From assembly GCF_009914755.1 (NCBI RefSeq), contig NC_060942.1: a stretch of DNA of 64,000 nt; one strand, 5' to 3'. Positions 28,549 through 43,655 of the stretch are shown one piece after another (the stretch's first letter is position 1; every line of letters begins with the position of its first letter). Below the pieces are notes generated by a model. That model saw only the letters and a program-made list of their open reading frames with translations, was not told where the DNA came from and searched no databases. The stretch comes from the human T2T-CHM13v2.0 reference genome, Homo sapiens. The position numbers and the translations under genes were made by a program.

Positions 28549-29638
28549 AAAATGTCCGTTAAAAAAAATCTCTAACACTATGTAACTTACACATCTCCAT
28601 TTTCTTAAGCCTTTCATTTTTTATTTCAATAAATATTCTGGGATATACATACCAATACTCATATTCAAATTTTATAGAAAGTAGCAATGAAACATTTATG
28701 CTGTGTCTCTATTTTATAATAAAACAGACCTTCATCTACTCTAGCTGGAGAGAAATGCCTATGTTAAATATTTTTATAATTTTATCAAGAAGACACTGAT
28801 GCGAACAAACAAGCGACAAGCTTGTTTCTGAAATTCCGCTAGGAAAGGCTTTCAACAATAGGAGATCAGTCAAGTTTATCATTTCATTGTTTTCCATACA
28901 TCTTCCTTACATTCTATTTCTGATCAAAGGGTCATGTCTCCATCATATGGCTTAAAATTAACCGTGTGAAACCAAGCTCAAGTACTAAAAGTTAAATGTA
29001 AAATAAAAAATAAGACATGTATGGAAGAATAAGTTGAAGAATAAACTTCACTTTCATGTACAGAATCTTGTTATCTTCCGCCAGATGAACTGGTGTTAAA
29101 ACATTTGCCATTTAGCGGAAGGTGTTGCTAATGAAATAATGAAGATAGAAACTCAATAATTTCCCACAGATTTTGTTCTCTCTGACTGTTCTCTAAATTT
29201 GAAATGGTTTGGAGCTCTGTATCTTCAACTACATGATGCTCATAAATATTATTTGCATATTTCCAATACATCCCTTAGAACATATCGAATCATATTATGT
29301 ATTATGAAATCTCATTCTTAAATTACTGAACAATGAAGACTTCTCCAGGCTTAAATAAAGCTGCCACGCCTATATTCTATCTTCTCATCCTGCCATCGCC
29401 CCTCAGACAAAGCTGCTTTATTTTCCCCAACTACATCACATTCCTTCATTCTTCTATGCTTTTATATATAGCTTTACTTTCAAAATTTAAATGTCCTCTT
29501 TTCTCACTTCCCTTTTCTTTCTAGCAAGATATTTATCCCTCAAGATTAATTTTATATGCTGTAATAGTTATGACTTTATAAACACTCATAGGATTATACC
29601 TCTGCCATAACTTTTGACTTATTTTGATGTGGATATTA

Positions 29639-29720
29639 CTAGGTTGGTGAAAAAGTAATTGCGGTTTTTGCAATTACTTAAAAAATGGCAAAAACCACAA
29701 TTACTTTTGCATAAACGTAA
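29639..29720. mobile_element. MADE1 mariner-derived MITE
   Basis: About 80-bp palindrome TAGGTTGGTGAAAAAGTAATTGCGGTTTTTGC...GCAAAAACCACAATTACTTTTGCATAAACGTAA flanked by TA dinucleotides. Confidence 0.95.
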
Positions 29721-29789
29721 TAGCTATGCCTTTTTTTTTCTATTTTTGCCTTTTTCTTTGCCTAGCATCCTGTTTTTCTAATGTGTACC

Positions 29790-30260
29790 AGTTGCTTTTC
29801 CATCCTGACTGGTTGTCTTGGGCCTATCACCATCAATATCCTGTCTTTTTCCCCTTTGTTGAGTCATGTACGTTATTTTCCACTATGGAAAATCATACTC
29901 TGTGTAACCTGCAGTGACTGGGACTCTGGAATGTGGTAGCAACAGGATCAATCAGAGACTTCCCTAATATCGATGTAGGACTGCTGGGAAAGAATTAGCT
30001 GAACTAGAAGTAATGTTATTCTGGGGCTGTCAGTTGTCTGGCCTTCTGGCTGGTGAGAATCTACAGGAAAACAAAGCCCGGTGAGGTGAAGAGGAGCCTT
30101 CATGCCGCTGTTACACTGATAGATCTAGTGTAACAATCTGGAATCCAAATCCACCTCTGGACTTTACAGGTTTGTAAAATACCCCGTTTCCTTTTTGACA
30201 AGGTTAACCATAGTTGAATTTCATTAATTTTTACAACCAGTTGTGTCCTGATGAACAGAA
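29790..30260 (+). mobile_element. Old MLT1 (J/K-like) LTR
   Basis: The 3' end CCTCTGGACTTTACAG...TTCCTTTTTG...TACAACCAGTTGTGTCCTGATGAACA resembles old MLT1. Confidence 0.45.
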
Positions 30261-33081
30261 ATTATTAACAGGAGGGTATTTAAATACGTAGTTAGGGAAC
30301 AAAAAGTAGCAACAACCATTCTGTCCCTGACATGCAAATTTTCAAATGATTAGAAACTAAAAGTTTGAAAGGTTGTACCTTACTTTGTTTTCCAGGTACT
30401 TTACTTTGTTTTCTAGGTAACACACCCAATTGTGTGCCTTTAGGGTATTTGATAGAGAAAAGTGAAGGACAGGTGTATTTGTGTTTCATTATGCAGCATT
30501 CAATAGTTTCTGAATGAAGGGGACACACTTTGGCTCAGGCTGGCTCTTCTAACGGTTCTTCATATCTTTATTCAGAGACTTCCTTTTATCTGTTCCAGCT
30601 CTCCTAGGTTGGGCTGAAGATCAGACAATCGAATACCCTGTGGGATATACAGCAGTCGTGATGTTTGCCTCAGGTAGTTAGAAATATTTTCCATGCATTT
30701 CTGGGTAATGAAGATCCACATGAAAACCAAGACACAGGTGTATGGAGAATGATACATTTCACCATTTCACACAGAGCTCTTGCACTTGACACACTGGAAG
30801 CAGTAACTGATCAAAATGAAATTCGTTTTTTTTTTTTTTTCAGATGATAGTGATTTTGATAGTTCCATGATGTAAAGACAAATTAATTTGGTGATGTTGG
30901 AGTTTTATGTATGGAAACATGAGTCTATTTACATTTACTTATTATGGCAGCAAATACAATGGAAAATTATTATTTTCCTAGTACATCTTTTATATCCAGT
31001 AGAGAACATCAGGCCCCCATAAAAAGGGCTATGAGGAGATTAGGAGCTGCTGTTGCCTATTTTTATCCAATTACTGCTGAGTCCCAAATGCCTGTTGGCC
31101 CTGAGTGGGGTCCTAGTTATCCTAGTTATCCTAGGACATGTCTCTGAATCTTTGGTCTTGACTACATGTTTTTAACAAAGATTGAAGCAAGGACACTGGT
31201 AAAGAAATTGTCTCTTTTTTGGGGGGTGGGAGGAAGGGGAGGAAAGTAAGGGGCAGAGCTGTTAGGGCAGGAGAATGTTTAGCTAGTGGGATTGTGGCTA
31301 CCCTTTTTCTGCAACTTGGAGAAACCATGTCTATGGAATGATTCCAGGTTGTGAAAAGACACAGAAACCAGAGATGAATAGATGGTTTATGATGGCATGC
31401 CTTTTATTCCTGTTTAAAACAAACACCCTCCAGCTGTGTTTTAATATACATTCATACTCGAACCTTCTGATTATTATTTTAAATAAATAAATTTGGAATA
31501 CTATTAGACTAAAAATCTTCTTTGACTAAAAATCATCTATAGGCTTGGAGATGGAAACATGTGTTGCTAATAATTATATCCCCAGCGACTAGCATTATGT
31601 CTGACACTAATCAATGCATGGTAAACTAGTGAACAAATGCAAATGCATAAACTATTATTGAACATGCTTAGGTAGGATCACAAAATTAATAAAATTATTG
31701 TTCAGATGAAATTTCTATTTCTCACCTTTCTAAAAATAACACTGCTATTTCCCATAGTTACAATCTTATGTGTCTGATAAGTTTTAGTTTCAAATTGTAT
31801 GTATGTGTCAAAAGGTATAAGGCACATATATTCTTTTTTTCTGTTATAATTTTAAAAATCCGCTTTATAAAATTATAAGTAAGTACAATGAAAGAAAAGA
31901 AGGAAAACAGAGGGATAGAATAAAAGGAATGTTAAAAGTCAAAATGTGGTTTCTTGACTTTATATGAGAAAACATTATTAATCATTATTACTGTTTAGTA
32001 GAGTTACCAACATTTTTAGAATAATCAGAAATGGGAAAAGAGAAATTATGGCTCCTTTTTAAAAGTTAATTTTTAAAGACTTGTATTTTAGTGGTTTATA
32101 TTATTTAATTTTGCTTTCATTGAAAACAATTTTAACCTATAAATTGAAAATAATAATCCTCGTCACCCAAATTAATTTAGAAAAAATTATTGGTGAAACA
32201 GGTCACTAACATTTTTAGTAAACATAACTATATGAGTAATTGAAAAGTGTTATATTTTGAAAGATGAAATTCCAATATTGGACTACATAGCATGGTGATT
32301 GGAGGGTCTAATATGTCTTAGTTATAATGCAAATGTATTTCATGAAAATATATATGGAATATCACTTTAATGTAACCTTTATTCATTAATTAAAAGCTTA
32401 TTTTGTGCTAACTCATTTGCATTTAAATGTATTTATTATATATTTCTAGGAGAATAAGATAGGCTTAATAATATTAGTTAATGTGGCTGTAATGCAATTA
32501 CATTACATATAATATTTTTATTAAAAATTTTTATCTTCAAAGAGTTTTTCTTAGAATTTCTGTACTTAGAAGTATTTTCTTTTGTATGCTAAGAAAATGT
32601 CACTGATTCTATTTGTTCAACTTTATGATTTGCTATTAAAATATAAGTGCCATAATTAAAATATACTCACTATTTGAATTACAAATATTGCATGATGCAG
32701 TGGTTATAAAACAGAATTTAAGGTCACTTTCTCTATATTCAAATTGTCTCCTCTACTTACTACTTGCCTACTATAAGATAATCTTTGTAAACATCATTTT
32801 TCTAAAATACAAAGTAGTAATAAAAATACCTGTTAGAATATACTTGTATGAATAAATGATATTATAAATATAAGACATATGGAAGATGTTTTATTGCTCT
32901 GATGTCTACATATAAAAGTTGAAGTAAGATGAATGTCTGTATTTCTTGTTTTTCCTTTTTTTAAAATTTCAGAATGAAGTTACAGGACTTCCACTTCCAG
33001 GAAAATGGAGTAGATGTACTTTTCCACATTCCTCCCACGACTTACAACTTGCCATCATGGTTATTACATAAATATAAAATA

Positions 33082-33481
<400 letters not shown>

Positions 33482-34279
33482 CTAAATGTTGTAGAGAAGA
33501 CAGCCAGCAAGGGAACCAGGCAGCCAAGAATGACACAGTTGTCAGTTCCTTATTTTTTTCTTTGTTTATTTTCTTCATATATCCCAGACTTACAGTCAAA
33601 GAAGCTGTCAATCTGGGAATGACAACAGGCACTCCAACTAAATCCTTTTCTCTCTGATCAAACACTAGGTTAAAGGCAACATAGCAAAACAGAAAACTTT
33701 TAGTCAGTTAGCACTCTACCACACCCAAGCACCTCAGAAAAAGCTGTGCTCCCCCACCTCCTACATGTCAGCAAAGGCTGACTGGTGAGCCTAGATTTCT
33801 ATCCTTGTAAAATTGTGAAGAACTGCCCCAAGACACTCTCCATAGTAGTAGCAGAGAAGGCCAAAGAGGGAGCCAAAATTTCTATCTGCACAGGTCAGTA
33901 ATGACACTTCTCTTTCTACTGTTGGATGATGTCAGAGGCAGCCTGGTGGGGAGTCTGGACCTTTACTATTTCAGAATGGCAATGAAGCCACCCCCACAGC
34001 AAGATGAGAGTAAACGGCACTGGGGAGCCAGAACTCCCACCTCTGCTTGGCAGTGATGAGGAACTCTTTCCCCTTAAGCATCAACAAAGGTTTAATTGGG
34101 AAACTATTAATAGATGTCTACCTCCACCACGCATTAATGAGACATTCATTCACCTGTTGCAGACATGAAAAACATAGTTAAACCAAATGGTTTAAATATA
34201 ATGTAGAATCCCATAACATAACATGAAAATGTCCAGGTTTCAATCAAAGGTTACTTGTAGTACCTCAAATCAGGAGTTA

Positions 34280-35450
<1,171 letters not shown>

Positions 35451-37390
35451 CCAAGATGATTTCAAACTTAATGAAAACAATCAAAAGAAGGCAATATGGA
35501 GATTATAGAGATATTAGTTGTCAGACAAAAATTTTAAGCAGCCATGATGAACACACTGGAAACAAATACTAGAAAGCCTCAGTGAAAAATAGTCTCAGCA
35601 ATGAATAGAATATGTCTAGAATAATATAATGGAAATAGGAGATAAAGTGAAAAATACAGTAACCAAAGAAAAGCTTATTGGAGAGGCTCAACTTCAGAAT
35701 CAATAGGATGCAGGAAAGAATCAGCAAACTTGAAGAAAGAACAATAGAAATTACCCAATCTGAACAACGGGGGAAATAGAGTGAAAACACAGTAAGCAGA
35801 GCTTCAGGGTCCTGTGAGACCATTATCAATGTTCTAATAGTTATGCTATTGAAGTTCCAGAAGGAGAGGAGAAAGAGGCTGACAATAAAAATATTTGAAG
35901 AAATAGTAGATAAAACTTCTCAGTTTGGCAAGAGACATAAACCTGCAGATTTAAGAAGCCGAGCAAATATCAAGGAAGATAAATCCAAAGAAATTCACAG
36001 CAACGCACATCACATTTAAACTTTTAAAAACTAAAGCCAAATAAAACAATCTTGAAAGCAGTCAGAAAAAAAAATACCTTATCTATAGTGGAAAAAACAA
36101 ATTGAATGGCAAAAATCATGAAGTCCATAATAAAATGGTACAATATATCGAAGTGCTGGAAGAAAAGCATTGGTCAACTGGGAACTGTATGTTCAGTAAA
36201 GCTGCTTTTTAGGAATGAAAGAGAAATCAAGACAGCCTTAAATGAAGCAAAACTAAGTGAATTTGTCATCAGCAGATCTAAGCTAAAAGTGCAGCTAAAG
36301 GAAGTTGTCTCAACAGAAGGAAAAGAAAACAAAAACCTTAGAACACCAGGAAAGAAAAAAGTAACATAGTAAGCATAAATGTAGGTAAATAAATAGGCTT
36401 TTTTTCTTTTTATCTTGTGACTTGTGAATTTTATTTGATGACTGAATAAAAAATTATAGCCCTGTGTAATAAGGTTTGGAATGCATGTAGGAGCGTATTA
36501 AAAACAATTACATAGTAATTAGGAGGGTAAAAAAGAAGTACAATTTCTACCCTTCACTCAAACTGGTGAAATCATTACACTGGTAGACTTCACAGGTTAT
36601 GCATATAAATGTAATACTTAGAGGTAGCAGTACAAAGACAACAAATAGATATATTCAAAAACACTATAATCAAAATGAAATTATTTTAAAAATTTCAAGC
36701 AATCCACCAGAAAGCAAGAGAAGTAAAACAGAGAATGAGAATGAGAAAACAAATAGAAAAATAAAATAAAATTTCAGACGTAAGCCCTAGAATACCAATA
36801 ATTTTATTAAATAAAAATGGTCTAAATACACATTTAAAAGACAGACCATAGCAGAATAAATTTCAGGATATGGCCTCACTATATGCTGTTTACAAACAAA
36901 TCACTTCAAATATAGCAATATAGGCAGGTCGAAAGTAAAAAGATGAAATAAGTTATATCATGCAAACAAAGTAAGGCAGTAGTGGTTATATTAATATTAA
37001 ATAAAGGAGACTTCAGAGAAAATAGAATTACTAGACACAGAGACACAATCTAAGAAGGCAGAACAAATGTAATGTGTATGCAACATACAACAGAACTGCA
37101 AAAGTTGAAGCAAAATGATAGAACCAAAAGAACAGATAACCCACAGTTATGTTAGAGATTTCAACAAGCTTCTCTCAATAAGTGACAAAACAAGACAGAA
37201 AATCAACAAAAACATAGAAGAATGCAACACCATCAACAACAGAATCCAACCTACATTTATAGCGCATTCTACCCAACGACACAATATACATCCTTTCCAA
37301 GTGACTATGGAACGAATACCAAAATGCATCACATCCTCCACAATAAAATAAGCTCAGAACATATAAAATAATTAAAATAAATAAAAGTAT

Positions 37391-37761
37391 TGTATTAATC
37401 TGTTCTCGTGCTGCTAAGAAAGACATACCTGACACTGGGCAAAGGAAAGAAGTTTTATTAACTCACAGTTCAGCCTGGATGTGGAGGCCTAAGGAAACTT
37501 ACAATTATGGTGGAACGGGAAGCAAACACATCCTCCTTCAAATGAAGGCAGGAAGGAGAAGAATGACTGCCCAGTGAAGGGGGAAGCCCCATATAAAACC
37601 ATCAGATCTCATGAGAACCAACTCACAATCACGAGAACAGGATGGGGGAAACTGCCCCCATGCTTCAATTATCTCCACCTGATCTCTCACATTACACGTG
37701 GGGATTATGGGAACTACAATTCAAGATGAGATTTTGGTGGGGACAGAGCCAAACCATATCA
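37391..37761 (-). mobile_element. THE1 (C/D-like) solo LTR
   Basis: TGTATTAATCTGTTCTC...CAGAGCCAAACCATATCA, with TSD AGTAT/AGTGT. Confidence 0.93.
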
Positions 37762-38312
37762 AGTGTGTTCAAAAAAAAAAAAAAAGGAATCAAACTAGAA
37801 ATCAAGAAATCAATAATTGAAAGATAGGAAAATATCCAAACACATGGAAACTAAACAATATACTTATAAATCATCCATGGGTCTAAGTAGAAGTCCGAAA
37901 GGAAATTTAAAAAATACACGGAACTGAATAAAAATTAAAATACAACATGTCAAACTGTGTGAAACAAAGTAAAAACAGTGCTAAGAAAGAAATATTTAAC
38001 ACTAAATGCACACCTTAAAAAAGAAAGAAATGTATCAAATCAAGTTTACAAGATGTAACTTAGATTACATCTAAGTTTATATCTTCATAATGTAAAAACA
38101 AAGAGCCAGATAAACCCAAAACAAGCAGCAGCGAAAGATAATAAAGATAAGCAGAAATCACTGGAACTGAAAATAAACAAGTGAAAAGATCAATGAGGAA
38201 AAAAGCTTATTTGAAAATATCGACAAAAATAACAACACTCAGGCAAGACTAACAAAGCAAAAAATGTATACAAATTATTAAAGCAGGACTAAAAGAACCA
38301 GTGATACTTACT

Positions 38313-38674
38313 TGATATGATTTGGCTGTTTCCCCACCAAAATCTCATCCTGAATTGTAGCTCTGTTAATCCTTATGTATCATGGGAGGGACGCAGTGGA
38401 AGGTAATTGAATCCTGGGGGTGGGTTATTCCCATGCTGTTCTCTTGATAGTGAATACATCTCACAAGATCTAATGGTTTTATAAAGGGGAGGTCCCCTTC
38501 ACAGGCTCTCTTGCCTGTCACCACATAAGATGTCTCTTTGCTCTTCTTTTGCCTTCCACCATGATTATGAGGCCTCCCAGCCATATGGACTGTGAGCCCA
38601 TTAAACTTGTTTTCTTTATAAATTACCCAGTCTCAGGTGTGTCTTTATTAACAGAGTGAGAATGGACTAATACA
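38313..38674 (+). mobile_element. THE1 (B/C-like) solo LTR
   Basis: TGATATGATTTGGCTG...GGACTAATACA. Confidence 0.93.
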
Positions 38675-39489
38675 CTACCAAACATTTTCAAAATAAGTAA
38701 CACCAATTCTATATAACCCCTTTTGGAAAATAGAAAATACTTCCTAATTCATTTTATGAAGATTATATTATCCTGATGCTAAACACACGCAAAATTCATA
38801 CAAAAAAAACCCTGAAAACCTACAGACCAATATCCTTCATGAATAATCCTTATCAAAATATTAGTACAGGAAATTCAGTAATATGTAAAAAGAATTATAC
38901 ACTATGACTTAGTAGGTTTTATTACAGCTATGCAAAATTGGATCAATATTTGAAAATCAGTGTAATCTAAAAGAAGAAAAATCACATGATCTGATTAATT
39001 GGTGTACAAAAAAGCATTTGACAAAATTCAGCAACATTTAGGGTGGGGAAAAATATTTGCAAACCACAGAGCTGACAAAGTGTCAATATTTAGGATATAT
39101 AAAGTCTCAAAACTCAATTCTATAGAAAAATATCCAAATAGAAAATAGAAAAAATACATGTAGACATTTTAACAAATATATACAGATGGTAAAAAGCATA
39201 TAAAATATATTAAAAGTATTTGCTACTAAGAAAATTTAATTAAAACCAAAATGAAATATTTTTCCACACCCATTAGAATGGCTAATTTTTTTTAGATGTG
39301 TCAACCACCATCTTTCTAGACAATTGAGGGAAAACATAAGTAAAAACATTGCATCAAAGGGAAGTTTTTTTGACTATGACAGATACTACTAATAAGACTA
39401 TAAAGGTGAGAACTGAAATGAAGCATAATTTTCAGAGATGGCAGAAGCACGAGAAAATCTACATATAAATAGACATCCATAGTTTAAAC

Positions 39490-39868
39490 TTGTGTTGTTC
39501 AAGAGTCAACTGCACAGTAGAAGACTTATTGCGAGGAATTTGCTTATGTAATTGTAGGAACTCACTAGACAAATCCACAATTCATAGGATAGGCTTGAAG
39601 GAAGGGCAGGATGGAACTCACCAACAGGAGCTGAGGCAATAATCCACAGGCAGAATTTCTTCTGGGAAGCCTCAGTTCTACTGGTAAGGCCTTTCAAATG
39701 ATTTAATCAAGCTCATCTCAATTATGTAAGATAATCTCCCTTACCTAAAGTCAACATTTATTGCAGCTACAAAACCGCAACTTTCACCAAGCCTAAATTA
39801 ATCCTTGATTGGGTAACTGGAGATGACCTATCCCTAGTCAAGTTGACACCTGAAACTGATCAGTAGAG
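39490..39868 (-). mobile_element. MLT2D-like ERVL LTR
   Basis: GGAATTTGCTTATGTAATTGTAGG, ATAATCTCCCTTACCTAAAGTCAAC and CTAGTCAAGTTGACAC. Confidence 0.75.
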
Positions 39869-39879
39869 TGGATATGAAA

Positions 39880-41200
39880 TGCATATAAGAGAAAATAGAA
39901 GAAGTTGAAGTGAGCCATCAAGCGAATCAATTCAACAATTCTTACAACAAAGAGGAACAGAGAAATACGTTAGTAGCAGTATCTCTTTATGTCACTGGAA
40001 ATAATCTACGGGAGAAACAAATTATAATACATGTTTTGGAACATAGAATTGCTACAGCCATATTAAGTATTTGATAGGGGAATGAATCTAGCACATAAAT
40101 TAAAGACTGACCTCAGACAGGAGGAAGGGTTTACCTTTCATCAGAGGAAACGAGACAGAGTATATGGGTTCAGATGCTGGTCATTAACAGAAGAAGATGG
40201 TGTAAATCTGTGTAAGTTCTCCTTTCTTAGGAAAATGGGAAATAAGGACATCAGCTGAGAATGAGAATGGAAGAGTCTATGATGCTAAAACTGTAAATAG
40301 TGAGTAGGTGTGCAGTAGTCTACCGGAAAACTGAAGATTAACCTTAAAGAACTCAGAAAATGAAGCTTAAGTGTCTACCTGAGGTTCAAGGTCATGATTT
40401 TAAGTAAGACCAGTCTCTGTGGTTGTGTGTTTTCCTCTAGACATGCTTAGCTGAATGTGCTGTGCTGATTAGGCAGACAGTTTAATTTGTTACTAACCTC
40501 ACAAGTCAAGAAAGAGAGCTCATACTATGCAGAGGAGTTGGCCTCGTGGCTAGACAAGAAATTTATCTTGATTAAAAAGGGAGGTAAGAATATGCACATT
40601 AAGAGGTAGGATAAAAGCATTGTAGATATGGAGAAAGTATAGGAATTTCACAGTTTGGATGCTAGAGGGACTAGGTGGAAATAGATGTTATCAGAATGTG
40701 GGATACTTGAAAATGAATTGATGTAGCGAATGTTGTTATTAAGAGTTGGTCTAGGAATTACCAGAGGATTAAAAGGTCGACACACAGTGGGTGTCAAGAT
40801 CATTTAAGGAGTAGAATTGAGTGAAATGAGGAGTCAGGTTATATGTATATTGACATTATAATGAATTAAGACTGGATGCGATCAATAAATATTTCTTAGT
40901 TTAATGAAGAAATAAAAGTATGAATGGGTGCTTTCCATATATCAGACAATCAATTAATGATGTTAATTATTTGCCATACTTACTATAATTACAATACAGT
41001 AACAGTACTAATTACTAATCACATAAAAATAAGCACAGGCTACAGTGAGATATTTTGAAGATCTAACTTCAAAGATTAGGAAATCCTTCACAGAGAATAA
41101 TGATATAAAATAATATTCTTATAGTAAGGAAGAGTTTAGGACAGGATGTTGAGAAAATTCCAGTAGACAGCATGTTCAAAGACAACAGCAATGGCTTTGA
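39880..41200 (-). mobile_element. L2 relics
   Basis: Purine-rich degenerate sequence typical of reverse L2 (GAATGTGGGATACTTGAAAATGA, ATTCCAGTAGACAGCATGTTCAAAGAC). Confidence 0.4.
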
Positions 41201-41301
41201 CTTCTGCCTCTTTGAGCGCAGAAACTAGGACAATGGGTTGGTATAAAATAAACAGGGAAAAAAGCGGCATGTGATAGATATTAAAAGAACACTAAAGGGT
41301 C

Positions 41302-41558
41302 CCTTCCATTGGGTCCCTCCCATGATACATGAGGGTTCATGGAGCTACAATTCAGGACGAGATTTTGGTGGGGAAACAGCAAAATCTTATCAAGTAAGTA
41401 TCACTGGTTCTTTCAGTTCTGCTATTAATAATCTGTATTTTTTTTTTGCCTTGTCAGTCTTGCCTGAGTGTTGTTATTTTTGTTGATTTTTCAAATAAGC
41501 TTTTTTCCTCATTGATCTTCTCAATTGTTTATTTTCTTTTCAATTCCAGTGATTTCTG
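41302..41558 (-). repeat. Inverted duplicate of 38152-38403 (L1/THE1 junction)
   Basis: The reverse complement reads ...AAAGAACCAGTGATACTTACTTGATAAGATTTTGCTGTTTCCCCACCAAAATCTC..., the same junction as at 38293-38346. Confidence 0.93.
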
Positions 41559-41934
41559 AGTTCAGAGCACAGAGATAGAAACAAGGATAAATATTTTATG
41601 GTTTATCCAAAATACAAAAAGTATATATTTTAGATAGTTTTTGGAGGAGAAGTATTTCCTGAAATTTCCTGAAAAGTCTAAATTCTTAGGGATGTTCTCT
41701 TTAGTGGGTTCCTATAATCCTCCACTGAATTAACAATTAGATGATTGTTAAGTGATATACCAGTGAGTCTCTCAAGTTAGATTTATAGTCCTCCTATTGT
41801 GTAGCAGCACAATAACCCTTTCGTAAATATAATTTATTATGCAGGCCTTTCCAGTGATGCCTTTTTCTGTTTATTAATTCAAGAGCATGAGAACTTCAAA
41901 ATAGCAACAATGAAAAACCACAAAAATCCGTATC

Positions 41935-42970
41935 AACCTTCAATGTAATTGAACTATTGTGATAATTAAGATTAATGTGTGAATAATTGACATCTTAACA
42001 ATACTGTCTTCAAATTCATGAACACACAGTATCTCATTATTTTATTGCAATTCTATAATTTTGAATATACAGATCCTGTACTTATTTTGTTAGAATTATA
42101 CCTAAACATGTAAGTATTTCATTTATTTTTGGTGCTATTGTAAAAGTTTTTAAACATAATCGTTATAGACATTCATGTTATCTGTGAATAAACAGCTTTG
42201 TTTCTTTCTAATCTGTGAACATTTATTTCTTTTTATTTTCTTATTGTGCTAGCTAGGTCTTCCAACAAGATGTTGAATCGAAGTGATGAAAGAGGGAATT
42301 ATTTTTGTACCCTGTCTGAGAAAGTTACTATCCATTCCTACTTTGCTGAGAATCTTTTTTCATAAGTAATAAAGTATTTTTCTTCATTAGTTTAGATTAT
42401 TAGTTTTCTTCTTTAGTCTGTTGATGTGGTAGATTAGATTGATTGATTTTTCAAGGTTTCAACCAGCTTTTTACCATGGAAAAAGTTCCATTTCATTGTG
42501 GTGTATAATTCTTTTAATACATTTTTGGAAATGTCTTTTAATGTTTCGTTGAGGATTTTCACATCCATGATCCCATCAGACACTGATCTCTATTTTTTCT
42601 TTTAATGTCTTACTTGGTTTGGAATTAAGTTAATGTTGGTTTTATTGATTAGTTAGGAAGTGTTTCTTTTGCTTTCTTTTTCTAGGAGAGATTGTGGAGC
42701 CTTGATGTGTTCCTTTATTAAATATTTGGCAGAATTTACCAGTGAAACTACCTGGGTTTGGTGCTTTTGTGGTTTTTTTTTTTAAGGTTATTACTTATTG
42801 TTTCAATTTATTTAATAGGTAAAGGATTTTTCAGATGTTCTATTTCTTTTTGTGTGTTTGGCAGTTTGTGCCTTTCAAGTAGTTGGTCCATTTTTCTTAT
42901 TATTAAGTTTTAGAAATGGAGTTGCTTATATTATCACTTTAGTGTTCTTTCAATGTCCATGGGATCCATA
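41935..42970 (-). mobile_element. L1M ORF2 fragment
   Basis: Reverse L1 ORF2 (TTGACATCTTAACAATACTG, GTGGTGTATAATTCTTTT, GAATTTACCAGTGAAAC). Confidence 0.85.
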
Positions 42971-43057
42971 AATATTTTGTTAATGTGTTTTGAAATCAGT
43001 ATGCAAACAAGGTCCAAACTGATATTGGTTCATAGACTTTTTAATTAATTTGCTTTT

Positions 43058-43352
<295 letters not shown>

Positions 43353-43655
43353 GTTTTCTCTCTTTTTATTTATTAAAATTTATCACAAACCATTTTTTTT
43401 TTTTGTCCTCAGCAGACTTTGTTTTCTTTTCTTTTGTTTTTGGTCAATCTCAAGATTATCTTCAGTCTTCTATATTTTCTGTAAATTGGTTGTTAATCCA
43501 GAGTTTAATGAAATTAACCTTTGTTGTTTTAGACCATAATATTGTATATAATTGCAATTGCCTAAATGTCTAACAGTAAACAACTAAATAAATAAATTAT
43601 ATGTTAAACTTTAAAAACGGGAGAAAAGGCCATATATTCTATTAAGAAACATTCT

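Noticed and set aside
38570-38590. PRDM9 hotspot 13-mer in THE1 LTRs
   Set aside because: The sequence is CCTCCCAGCCATA here and CCTCCCCAGCCAT at ~61766, not CCTCCCTNNCCAC.
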